A DNA stretch of 55,548 nucleotides, the filler included, from Platydemus manokwari (taxonomy: Eukaryota): the NCBI GenBank assembly GCA_037951405.1. It is 4 parts of 4 records of this genome, joined end to end, with 100 filler letters (N's around TTAATTAATTAA, not from the genome) between each part and the next. Parts side by side here need not be neighbours in the genome. Positions count along the whole stretch, not along the records: positions 20,697 to 42,969 come from JBBMOY011266984.1; positions 43,070 to 55,548 come from JBBMOY010121121.1; 2 more parts are not named here. One strand, given 5' to 3'. The notes under the pieces are model-generated. The model was not told where the DNA came from, searched no databases, and saw nothing but the letters and a program-made list of their open reading frames with translations. A program made the position numbers and the translations under genes. Below are positions 39,064-51,369 of the stretch, one piece after another (within the stretch, counting starts at the first letter, position 1; every line of letters begins with the position of its first letter).

Positions 39064-41035
39064 TGTGATATTATGCCCTGCCAATATGTGGTGATGGTGT
39101 CGGACACTGTCTGACTTGTATTATAAAAACTGTGTTTAATCAATAAATATTTGTATAATATGAAAAACAACTTCTTTTACCTAAACTGGAAGAGGCAACT
39201 GGTGTAATAACCAGTTCAAAAAAGAAAGCAACGAGTCAAGTAATTATAAACCACCGCATACTATCACTACACGAACCCCGAGCTAATAGCCTCAGAACAG
39301 AAGTTCGCTTCAGGTAGAGAAAGACATGACCAAGAAACTGTAAAATAAGTGTCGAGGCATGCCAGATCTAAAAGAATAACGCTTGCGAGCAGAAAATTAC
39401 TTCTGCTGTAGAGAACGTAGCCACTACAGAAGCCAGTGTTTTTTAAGGCATAAATGTTTAATATACGGACAAGAAGGCTATCATTTCAGATCGTGTCATT
39501 TAATACGAGGTACAACACACGAAGTAGAAGGTAGAATTTAAGATATTCAAGACGATATTGAGGAATTTGATCCACTCGAAGACCCAGTAATGCATAAGGT
39601 AAAAGACCAAAAAACCACAACAACTTCATCGCATACATTTCGTAAGTGTGGTTCAATCAATAGATAACAAGGAAATTCGAAATGGAATCAGATGTGAAGA
39701 GATGTTTAAGAAGGACGACTCTAGGATATGGAGTACTATTTTGATCAACGCAGCTGATGTAGAGATACTGTGGGATTCGTCAGCGTCTATCACAGTGATG
39801 AGCAAGAGCTATTAAAAGAAAGTGGGAACCCCAAAATAATAGAATAGCTTGATTACGATTAGTGCAATGTCTTCAACATGTGCCGAATGCTTTATGGGTC
39901 ATTCAGAAGTGATTGCCGAGTGAAAAGAAAAGAAAAGGAAAATAAGGGTTGTGATTACAAAAAGAATTCGATCCGACTTCATCGGAGGTGTTGACACGAT
40001 GAATGCATACGGGGCTTTGCTGAAAGACATGGGCACAATTGATTCATTGCAATGTAACGACAAATATACAGATGATGAAAGATTGAAACTCGAACCTAAA
40101 AAGATCAAGACTGGTAACACGGGCAGAATTAGAAGACTCATCAAGGAATACGGAAAAATATTCATGGCTTCAAAATTGGATCTAGTTCTGAACCAACTTA
40201 GTTGCTCACGATATCATAACTTCTGGAAATCCTATTTCACAGAAACCCAGAAGACAGCCTGTGCACTTAGATACAAAAATTGAAGAGATGATAGAAAACT
40301 TGCTCGAAATAGGAGTATTAAGATCGTGCTACGGTACTTGGAATTCACCACTGAACAGATCTATCTGGATGTGTGTGGATTATTCAAAACTCAACGGAGA
40401 GACAGAAAAATTTAGTTTCCCTATGCCTTATACCAATTAACCTCTAGATTGCTTGGTGGATGCTAAATATTTCTCCTCGATAAATTTGGGACACGCTTAT
40501 TACCAAGTCGAAATAAGTCCGAAGTCCCAATATTGCACCGCTTTTAGCACAAGAACCGGCTAATAAAATTTCAATAGACTCTCGTTTGGACTATCCACAT
40601 CACCAGTAACTTTTAAAAATCTAATATATAAGCTGTTGGATGAATTGATCTTTGAAGGCGTTGTGGTACATTTGGATGATGTGCTGATATACAAAAACTT
40701 AAAGATAAGCTGAAAGTGATGCTAGAGTTAAAATTTGGGCTTAATTGTTGCCAAGGATAGAGTTCTATATCAACTCAAGACATCAATCAACAACGATGTC
40801 TCGCTTTTCGAGATAATATACCGGCAAATAATCAATGTCTATACGGATGTGAGTCACAATAACTAAACTCGAGATGATATTGCAGCAGTAGCAGCTAGAG
40901 AAAATTCCATAATGGTAGCCAACATAACGTTTAACCAAGACAGGGGAGAATAGCACATCGAATTTTTAAGGTGGGAGAGAAGATGCTAGTACGTGTAAAT
41001 CCCCAGTGCCAGAAGAATAACGGGAAAATATGTGT
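39064..41035 (+). mobile_element. Decayed Ty3/gypsy element (gag, protease, RT, integrase tail)
   Basis: Protease ILWDSSASITVMS (~39765-39803). RT motifs WNSPL, MCVDYSKLN, FPMP, AKYFSSINLGHAYYQV, TAFSTRTG, FGLSTSPVTF and VHLDDVLIY (~40340-40692), with many stops. RNase H and most of integrase appear deleted. Confidence 0.88.
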
Positions 41036-41538
41036 GTTTCAAGGGAAATGAAAAATTTTCATTGACTTAATATTTTAAACAATTGAGAAAGTTATTTCAT
41101 TAATTTGGATTATTGTTAAAACATTATTTTTTAAAACGATGTTTAATGTTCCAATTTATGAGTTAATTATACACATATAGAAATCCAAAAAATTTAAACT
41201 ACTATGCTGACAGTTAACAGTATTTTTATATTTATTAAATTGCAAACCGTTAAATATGTCGGTGTTAAAATAAACATGCTCTTTATATTTTCAAAAATAA
41301 GCTGTTCATACGACTTACCATGTTTTTTTAGTATGACTTGCATAAATTTACTTTTGTATAAATATATTATTATTATAGATAAAATTGTTTAATTCATAAT
41401 AAATCTAAAAAACCCATTTCTAATATTTAATAACTCTTATAATAATCATATAATACTGTTGTTTTAAAATTCTACTGCATCAGTATTAAATAATGATTTT
41501 TTAAAATATTTAATTTGTCAAAATAATTTAATATTAAA

Positions 41539-41858
41539 ATGAATTGGAAATTATGGCTGAAACCATTTATAATGATAATCTATGTTATATTAATTTGTAT
41601 CTCATTGCCATTTATAATAAATGAATTTAATAATGAGCATGCAAATAGCCGTAAAGAAGCCTGGTTAGTGGGAGGCATATTTGTTATGGGCGCCGTTCCA
41701 ATATCATTATGGACAATTTTGGAGCACGTGGTAAATTATTCAAAACCTTATTTGCAAAGACATATTATAAGGTTTGGGTGTTTTAGATTACCATTAAATA
41801 TAACATGATTTATACTTTCAGAATATTGTGGATGGTTCCAATATATGCATTGTGTGCA
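41539..41858 (+). CDS. TMEM184C: TMEM184C-like (OST-alpha family), first two exons only
   Basis: Exons 41539-41771 and 41822-41858 give [50 protein letters not shown], the TMEM184 signature. The remaining exons were not found. Confidence 0.88.
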
Positions 41859-42969
41859 GTTAGTACAATATTTAATTTTACTGAATTATTGATAATAACT
41901 AATTAAAATTAACAAATTAATTTCTCTTTTTGTATTCAAAGGAAAAAAGTATATATTACAAAAACCGCTTAAAAATATAAATTCATTTAGATTGACTAAA
42001 TGTTAGGAAGTTGATTTATAAAATAGTCCAACCTTAAATAAAAACGACTTAAAAAAATCTATAAATAAAATTTTAATCATATAAATGTTTATATTATGTA
42101 ATGAGGTCGACACAAATTATGTAAATAACATTCAAAATTTGTAAGTCTTTGATTGGATAATTTCAATAATTATTGTACCGTCTAGGAATTATATATATAT
42201 TATAATGATTTCATAATATTATTCCATGTGGATATGTATTATCGGAACTTTTAATTTATTGCTAATTACGACGAACCCTTTTAATAAAATGCAAACAGCC
42301 CTCTACAACTATTATTATCATGTATGAGAGTGATCTAATAATTACAAACTCGACAGTTGGGAAATACGGTTACAACAATTATTATGTTTTTATTACGTAA
42401 TGGGAATTGAGTTTCTCGGTGCTACATTTATATATTTATATTTATTTGCTTTTGAATTATCCCGGGTATCAAATATATTTTTTATTTCGATTATATATAT
42501 TAAATCATAGAACCATGTCATAAAGATACAAAATGTTATTGTATCCAAATCGATGTCAAAGCATCATTGAAATTTCTTAGATATCATATATATGTATGTG
42601 TGTGTGCACGTGTGTGTGTGTAAATCGTGGGCTAATATTGTAGAAACATTCCCTGTTTTACAGAATAAATATTAATATAGAAATACGAAACACGAAATGT
42701 TAAATGGATTATTGAGGCCGATTTTATCTGTTTTAAGGATTTTTCCTCAAAACTCAAGGCCGAATCCTGTGTCACTCAATAACTTGAGAACTAAATAATA
42801 ATAATTTTAATTAACTACTGCTTATGATTCTAGTTTTCTCTATCAAAATTGACTATGTTTTGGAATTGTGTTTCTTGTGTAATTTTGGAAATGTAAATCT
42901 GATGGGATTTTTATCCAATCAATAAAATGATTTTTATCTGTAAGCATTTTTAATGATCAGTTTGACATC

Positions 42970-43069
42970 NNNNNNNNNNNNNNNNNNNNNNNNNNNNNNN
43001 NNNNNNNNNNNNNTTAATTAATTAANNNNNNNNNNNNNNNNNNNNNNNNNNNNNNNNNNNNNNNNNNNN
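42970..43069. other. Artificial scaffold linker N44-TTAATTAATTAA-N44
   Basis: Same structure as 11250-11349. Confidence 0.97.
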
Positions 43070-45260
43070 TAGAGATGACTCACCAATGTATAGGGCAGAC
43101 ATTAAAACCAGTCTTTGCTACTATGTCATCTTAGCCGCTACTAGCAATTCAATCAAGATTCACAGATACCCCAACGCCACCTCTGGCAACCCTGGATCTC
43201 CAGGGAGTAAACATTATTTTTACTGGTTTTTTCTTGATGAAATTCTTTGACATTTTTTGTATGCTCGAAATGTCTTGATTTCTCCAAGTCTTATCTTGAA
43301 GGTCTTCCAAAGCAGATTCATTTCAATGAGTGTGGTCTTTCTGTTATATATCTTATTTTGATTCCCCTAATCGTAAACTCCTTATTTCATAAATCAAATA
43401 AGTTCACAATATCAAAACAATATTATAGGGAGAAGGAAGCTAGAGTCACCCCCAAAAGTCGGATATTTTCTTATCAAATGTGAGGTCGGCGCAACAACTT
43501 AGAAAGGAGTATGAGTTTTCCTCTAAAGCTAATTTTGCTTAAAATTCTGCTCTCATCAGACCCATTTTCAAACCCGAGTTCACTTATGATCATCCCCAGT
43601 CATTGGATGAATCTTTCGATGTCTACTTTCCATTCCACTTTGCCAAGTCTACAAATTTACCAATTTCTAATGAAGAAAATGGGACTGTCTTTACTTTCGT
43701 TTCCAACCCGGAATTTCTATCGTATGACCTCTTGTATAGCAATTACAATGATATTGATACAAATCGTTCTTTCCTGTTTGAAATCTTTAATTGTAATATT
43801 TCGTCCTTTGAGATTCCAACACTGTGCAAATCTTTCAAAACAAAATTGATTTTAAAATACAAGAAAGATAGTAAATCTCATATTGTCTCTTCTTGGCGAT
43901 CAATTTCTCTTATGGACACGGTATAACATGTCTTTGCTTCAGTGATTAATAATCAATTATTAAGTTAAATATAACAAGGGAGTTTACTTTTTGCATTTTT
44001 AGAAGGCTCTTCTCTTGGATGATGGTTGCTTTGAACACAGTGCATAATTCCACTCAATTCTGGAGAGTTTCCTCTTAATCATGTTGTATAGCATATTTGC
44101 TGGCTTGACTTACATGAAGAATTTCCAAGCGTTCCTAATAATCTCATCTTGCATGCTCTGCATAAAATGGATTGGAATGTAAATACTATATCTATTATAT
44201 CAAACTTGTGTAATTATATCAAATTATTCAACTACTTATCATTGCCTATCGACAAACACAAACCTAGTACAGTTGATAAAAGTGATGAAATAAGGCTGTC
44301 CTCTCTCGATGACTTGTTTTGTTTGCAATTGATTTTATTATTCGTGAATTTAGCATTTATCAGATTATCCTTAAAATTAATGCCATCCAACTTAATATTT
44401 TACTATATGAAGATGACCTTGTAGTTGTGGCCAAGTCATTCACTCTCATCTTTCATTTCTTCTTCGGAACTGAGAATTGTATACCTTGAGTATGCCTTCA
44501 CCTCCAATTCGAAGAAAGTAGGGCTTTTCGGAATTGTTTCTGCTCTTCATGAGTATCATGTACAGAGTATTGTCGACTTCCACGTTTTCAATAGCATTGA
44601 TAAGGTATTCAGTCATTTCATAAACAAGGAACTATTATACATGTGCTTTTTACCCCTCTACATTCTTCCATTGAGGTGATCTCTGACAGGCATTGGACTG
44701 ACTGAGTAAATTGAACAGTTAACTGTAAATTTTATTTAAATGAATTAGATCTGTGTCCAAAATTTGATAGGTATAATGATGTAACTTACCTTTTTAATGA
44801 TAAAATGAAAATCGATGTATGTAAGATTCTGCATGATTGTGCGAAGCTTGTTCATGCAAAATGATGAACCACCATGAAGTGGCAAGATCGTTTCTTTCCC
44901 TCCTTTTTTCAGTCTTCCCGATAAAATATGGTGATGAAAGGTTTGCTTGTTTCTGATAATGTCTGTGGTGCTAAAATTAAAATACCTAGCTTTTCGAAAA
45001 GTAAAGTGACTGGATCTTAATTACAGTCGCTGTAATACACAAGTGGAAACAGTTGCACATGTTCACAACCATTCACCACAGGTCTTCACACATCAACGCG
45101 CAAACATAATATATTATTGAATTTCTGCATAACATGAGGTTTGGTATTGACATTAGTCCTGTCGAGGTAGACACAGGACTCTGGTCAGACTTGATTTGTT
45201 TCATTTGCCTTTTCTATAGGTACAGAGTTTCTATTGAATGTCTAAGTTCTTTTCTTCGCT
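43070..45260 (+). mobile_element. Decayed non-LTR retrotransposon with restriction-like endonuclease (R2/NeSL/Utopia-like)
   Basis: KK...VSSWRSISLMDTV, GCFEH, LDL..FPSVP, YEDDLVVVA (44405), a zinc-knuckle remnant SRCNTQVETVAHVHNH (~45025-45072), RKHNNI, and TGLWSDLI (PD motif remnant, ~45172-45196). Confidence 0.8.
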
Positions 45261-45684
45261 GTCGTGACATTAGTTGATATCTTAATAAATCGTAGTTCAA
45301 ACATCTTTTATTTAGTTTGTGGTAGTAGTAGAATTAGTAGCATCAGCGTATTATTTATTGATTCATTTATTAATAAGTGACTTATTAATTTATCTTATGC
45401 ATATTTAAGCATTTAATAATTTGATGTAATTACAAATATGTATTTTAATTTAAATAGCAAACTAAAAATACTAAAAAGAACTTAATAATAATCAGGAAAT
45501 TTAGTATCTAAATGTATGAAATGATTATCTTTTTCTTAAAATTATTTTTAAACTGATATAAGTCAGAAATGTAAGTCATTGTTACGAGATTATTTTGAGA
45601 AAAGGATTCCATTTATAAAGATTTTGAAATTAATTTTTTCTAATTTTTTGTTTAAATAATTTGTAATTTGATTAATTTTGAAGC

Positions 45685-48155
45685 ATGTCTGTCGATATTG
45701 AAAAAAGTTTATGGAAAGATCTTCCTTGTAAATTATCTAAAAATACTAGAGATGCCTTAAAAGGTCTAAAATTTAAAAATCCAACACCAATCCAAGTAAT
45801 TGCAATTTAATATTAGATGGGTTTATATTTTTTTCAGGCTCATGTTATTCCAACCTTTTTGAAAAAAAAGGATATTGTAGCTCAAGCTGTCACAGGATCT
45901 GGAAAAACTCTTGCTTTTATTATTCCTATAATTGAATTATTGAATAAAATGGATTCTGTGAAGTCTTCAGATGTATTTTCTGTGATTTTGTCACCAACAT
46001 CTGAATTAGCTAACCAAACATATGAAATGTTTAACAGCTTCTTAACACACTTTGGCGGTTCAAAGTTGATAATTAAATATCTAGATACATATTTCATTTG
46101 CTTATAGACCGAATCTTAAACTTTTCAATAAGAAATCTGCTGCTACAAATATTGAATCAAACAAAGGAATAATTATTATTTCAACCCCAGGAGCTTTTGC
46201 AAAGGCTATTGAAAAATCAGTAGAAAATTCTTCATTGATCAAATCTCTGAAAACAGCTGTATTTATTTGGATTTTATATATTTGGTACAAATTAGTCATT
46301 GTATAGGAAATTTTGATATTGGATGAAGCTGATAGATTGTTGGAAATGGGATTCGAAGACCAGTAAAATTACTGAATAGTTAATTGCAAACTTGTCATAT
46401 TTTTTAGACTGTTAACTATTATCAAAGGTCTTCCCAAACAAAGACTTACGGGTCTTTTCAGTGCTACTCAAACTACCGAAGTTGAAGATCTTATCAGAGC
46501 AGGTCGATATTTTCGTATTTTTTAAAGATTTTTAAGGCAAATATATGCAGGATTGAGAAATCCTGTCCGGGTCAGTGTCAAAGTAAAACAAGGTGAAAAC
46601 GAAACCGAATTAAATGACAATATTCCAAAAAATTTGACAAATTATTACATGGTGAGAAGTTTATGGCGATAAAAATTGATTTTTAACTATTTTCTTGTCA
46701 ATCAGATCATTGAAGAGGAGAATAAATTGGATATTTTGATAAAATTTTTAATCGATAAAAAAGACAAAAAAATTCTTATTTTTTTAGCCACTTGTTCTTG
46801 TGTCGATTATTATAAAAATGTCTTATCTCAGTGAGCAATTTGATTTTTACTCTAAAAGAGATTTTCATCAATTGAATCATTTAGAATTCTCAAAAAGCAC
46901 ACCTTTGTGGCTTTCCACAAAAAATTGAAGGGCAAAAGATCGAAAATATTTGATCAGTTCAAGAAAATGGAAACGTTAGTTTAAAATTAAAAAAACAAAT
47001 TTGTTACTAAAAATAGCATCAAATACTTCATAATAATTATTGATACTAATTATAGAACGTTTTCTATTGGTTAGTTTGCAATTTTCTAATTTCGATTTTT
47101 ATTTAGTGGTGTGATGTTGTGTACTGATGTGATGGCCAGAGGTATCGATATTCCAGACATTGATTGGGTTATCCAATATGATCCACCTAAATCCGCTACG
47201 AATTTTGTCCATAGATGTGGTAGAACTGCCAGATGTGATCAGTTTGGTCAAACTTTAATGCTGTTGAGATCCAGCGAGGAGGCATATTTGCACTTCCTCA
47301 AATCGAATCAAAACGTCGAGATGAAGGAATTTCGACCAGATTTCGACATAGAAGCACTCGATTCTTATGAAGGTCGAATGCAGGATCTTTGTGCCGCTGA
47401 TCGTCTGTTGTATGAAAAGAGTGTCAACGCTTTCATAAGCTACGTCATGTTCTACCGAAAGCACGAACTGCAGTACATTTTCAAACTCAAAGGTTTGATT
47501 GGTTGATAACTGTTAGTGTTGACATAAATCAATTTTGTAGATCTCAATATGGGCAAACTGGCTAACGGATTTGGTCTTTTGCGTTTACCTCAAATGGCTG
47601 AACTGAAAGGGATAGATTTGTCGGATTTCAACGACCGAGGCATTGATTTGTCGACTTTGGTTTACAAGTGAGCTAACAGTTGTAACAGTGCTAACGTATT
47701 GATTATCGATATATTTCATTACTAACAGGGATAAGAGTGTGAGGAAAGTGCGTGAGAAAACTCGAATCATCAAGAAGGAACGACGAGAAAAGGAGGCATT
47801 GGAAGCGATGGAAGTTGATGAAGAGGAACCCGTGGTACCGGTTAAGGGCAAAGGAAAATCAAATAAGAAACCGAAAAACAAGGCTGTGAGTGCTGAAGAG
47901 CCCAAAGAAATGGAGGTGTCGGTGAAGAATAAGAATTTGAAAAATGGTTCGCAAAAGAAATCGAAACCAATTAAGAGAAAGAATTCAGAAGAAAATCAGA
48001 AGGAGAGTCCCAAGAAAAAGTCCAAAATAAGCCAAGGAAGCGTGGAGAGCTCACAGAAAGTTGCCAGTAAAGTTGAATCAAGTGTGAAGAAATCGCAACC
48101 GATCAAGAACTTGGGGGGACAAGGAATAATGGCGAGCTTTAATAAGGCTGGCTGA
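45685..48155 (+). CDS. DDX55: DEAD-box RNA helicase DDX55/Spb4
   Basis: Eleven exons (45685-45795, 45838-46064, 46108-46258, 46307-46362, 46408-46502, 46551-46651, 46706-46830, 46885-46974, 47107-47492, 47541-47667, 47729-48155) total 1896 nt (631 aa). Motifs: [92 protein letters not shown], plus a basic tail. Confidence 0.95.
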
Positions 48156-48227
48156 TTGTAAAATATAAATAAATATGAGAGTTCATTTATTATTGAATTA
48201 TCATTGTGTGATTATTGATTGATGAGT

Positions 48228-48434
48228 TGGGATATAATATCTGTGACATTGCTAGTAATTATTGATTGGAATACAATATCTGTGATATTGCTAGTAATTA
48301 TTGATTGGAATACAGTATCTGTGACATTGCTAGTAATTATTGTTGATTATTATTGATTGGAATACAATATCTGTGACATTGTTGATTATTATTGATTGGA
48401 ATACAATATCTGTGACATTGTTGATTATTATTGA
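48228..48434. repeat. 39-bp minisatellite, about 5 copies
   Basis: Unit ATATCTGTGACATTG(CTAGTA/TTGATT)ATTATTGATTGGAATACA. Confidence 0.95.
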
Positions 48435-49598
48435 CTTGATAGATAAATATTACCCAGTAACGAGTAGACGAAAATTTGATATGGCTGCATATGACTCGCA
48501 TTGATATTTTTAAAATAATGACAATGAATATCAAATAATTTTTCAATTATATCGAGAAATTATGTGCAGTACCCTTGTCAAAATTTAACTTCTATATAAA
48601 AAGAAAATTATTAAAGTGATATCTCGAATATACTAAATTTAATATTTACAGTAATTTATTACTCGTAAAACATCTTCAAAATATTAGCTAGGGTTTCATT
48701 CATTATTTTGTTTAATATTTGTTTAGTATTTCATATATTTACATTCACAACATTTTAAATTGTTATTTTATTCGTTCAATTAATAGAGAAGCAGCTGAAC
48801 TTACGCAATAATTAGAATCAAACAACAGTCATAATCATGCTACATTATTTTATAAAATCCAATAAATGAGAAAAAAAATTTCCTTCTGATTATTCTGTAA
48901 ATGCGTCGCAAATAATAATTGAGCAATCTTTTGTATTGATCTTTTATACCAGGTGTCTGCTTCTTGAACAATTCTAATTGTAATATTCTGCTTTATAATG
49001 CGGTTTTGATTTTATGTAATTAGGTAATTTTTTTCTTTTCTGTATGTCCTTTAATATTTTTGATTATTCAAGCATATTATTTTTTTTCTTTATCCGCCTT
49101 ATAATTTACTATTTTAATAAATCGATGTCACCTCAACTTGTAAATATTAAATCAAAATAATCCCGTGCAAAAGCTATCACTATAAATGACGCATCAATTA
49201 AACGGTACAGTAACTTATCAATGAAAATTGTCACAATTAATTAAGGATGCACACTGACGAAAGAGAAACTCTTGCCAGGAGCCATTCACAGGCCTTTAAA
49301 TGAAGAAGGTGCTTAAGATAATTTGGGATTTGTAAATAATAACAGAAATATTAGATACGTTTGGTTATCAAACAACAATTTAGATCTGCAAATTTGTATT
49401 GACTAAAATAATACACTCCTAGTCTCAAAAGATACAACAATAAATCTTTATGCAATTCACAAAGAAAATCACTCAAGACGGCATCAGCACCTGAAAGTCA
49501 AACAGAATGAAGTGTAACCAAAATGACTGATATCAATGACTAAAATCACAATTAGGCTAAGCTCTGAAGTTACAGACAAAAAACGACTTGCAGAAATC

Positions 49599-49920
49599 CA
49601 TGAAACTCAACCTCTTGTATAGTCCCATCGGGTGTGTCTGCTTGATATCGACAATCTTCGTTTTCCATTTGCTGAATTTGTTAGTAGATTGATCTACTCG
49701 AGATTTTGCTTAGATCTCACGGGCCATTGGTGGATAATTGAGCTTGCTAACATTTGTAAGTATGTGCCTGTCGATTCTTATCTTCTAAATATGGATTAAG
49801 ATCAGAACCAATATGATTGGCTAACAGCACGTGTGTTCATCGGGTCTGTATGTATTGACCATTTTTAGGGTTCTTTCCTGGGTTCTTATGAGCCTTTTAA
49901 TTGATTTGTGATATACCCAA
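49599..49920 (-). repeat. Second partial copy of the LTR-like repeat
   Basis: Colinear similarity to 10911-11219, e.g. ttgagcttgct, tgtattga..tttttagggtt, ttgatttgtga..tacccaa. Confidence 0.75.
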
Positions 49921-50639
49921 AAGATAATGTGCAATCTATCTTCATATAATCAAATTATAATATCTTCAAAAGATTATGCAGATCTTACTGTAACTATTGA
50001 AACCTTATTTTATTATTAAGTGATATTCATAAAAGAGCTGTAGTATAATAATAATGATTATTATTATTTTTTATTTTTAATAATATTAAATTAATGAACC
50101 AGAATCGCTTCATCAACGAAATTATATAAGTAAGATTTATCAGTGTACATCGGTTAAATTAAACAAATATTTCATTTCACAACTTACCAAAACTCCTTCT
50201 AAAAATTACCAGATTTTCAATTAAATTTTCAATTAAATTAAGAAATTGTGAGAAACAATTAATATCGAAATATAGCAATTCACAACAAAATTTCTCAGTC
50301 AACACCGAGTCTCTAATTAATTTCTTATTTAAACTTGTTCTTGAGGAAATAGAAAGGTCTTTTCATCTAGAATAATAAATAACTTTCGATTCGTTTCAAT
50401 TTAGAATCATTTACCCATCAAATGTAAGTTAAAATGATACTAATAACTGACTTGAATCTCTACTACCATCGGAATGCCAATTATTGTAGTATATTTCTAA
50501 TTTTTCTTAAAATATTTTGTGCTTTAAAAGCATATTGAAAAATTATCTCTTCAGGATTTGTTTGAAAAATCGTACGAAACTATATTTCAGGCAACGTCTT
50601 TTATATAACTTTTGCTTAACTAAGCCCTATCATGTGTCT

Positions 50640-51369
50640 TAATTAACCAATGGAGTTCTTATAACCATGAGTAGTCATTAACACTAAGGATTGCTTTATA
50701 AAGTTCTTCCACTTCAATGCCTTCAAATATTATATGAGTGGCGGGGATTTTAGTTTTTATTGGTTTATAACAACAATACCTTCACAATCAAAAGGATGGT
50801 CAAATGAGGGTGATTTAATTTTTTATTCAAATGAAGTGAATCCTTAAGCCCACTGAGCTGCAATAAGAACACTAGTACTTTGGTTAAATAAGTTTTGAAT
50901 ACTTATACAATACTTTTACTGAAATTTTTTATATCCCTCCTTCGTAGATTTGAATCATAACCGTATATCAAGATGATTGAGACAAGCCCAATACATATGA
51001 TATATTAAATATTACCAAATAGAGATGCTTTTGATTTTATAATTACTAGAAATTTACATATAACCTGGTAGCGGTTATTGTTGAGTGTCAAGGATTTTAA
51101 TTCTATGACTAATCTTCTTGATAACAAACAGTGTATGTAACTTCATAAGGAACATGCCAGATTTTATTTTTAACATGGTTTTAATATCAAAATAGACATG
51201 GGGGTGTACTCTGTGACCCTATTTATATTTAAAATATTCCCTTCGAATTTTAAAATATTAATAATTATTGATTCATGATTTTTAAAATAGAGTTCGATAT
51301 ATTCGATGGATTTCTATTGTTAATTTTAATCAATATTTTTTGTTTTATTTAAATTTCTTCAAGGGTTAA
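50640..51369 (-). mobile_element. Possible piggyBac-like transposon relic
   Basis: Terminus AGGG|TTAA at 51362-51369. Minus-strand fragments YWGLSQSS*YTVMIQIYEG and SFDHPFDCEGIVV resemble piggyBac transposase segments. No second TIR was found. Confidence 0.3.

Noticed and set aside
45882-47905. Minus-strand ORFs within DDX55 (similarly 36913-37155 in SAC1 and 6274-6462 in TRPV)
   Set aside because: They are antisense shadows of real exons.
48228-48434. CRISPR-like array, or ORF 48337-48546 with NNNQQCHRYCIPI repeats
   Set aside because: The units are head-to-tail without spacers, there are no cas genes and the context is eukaryotic. The ORF is a by-product of the 39-bp period.
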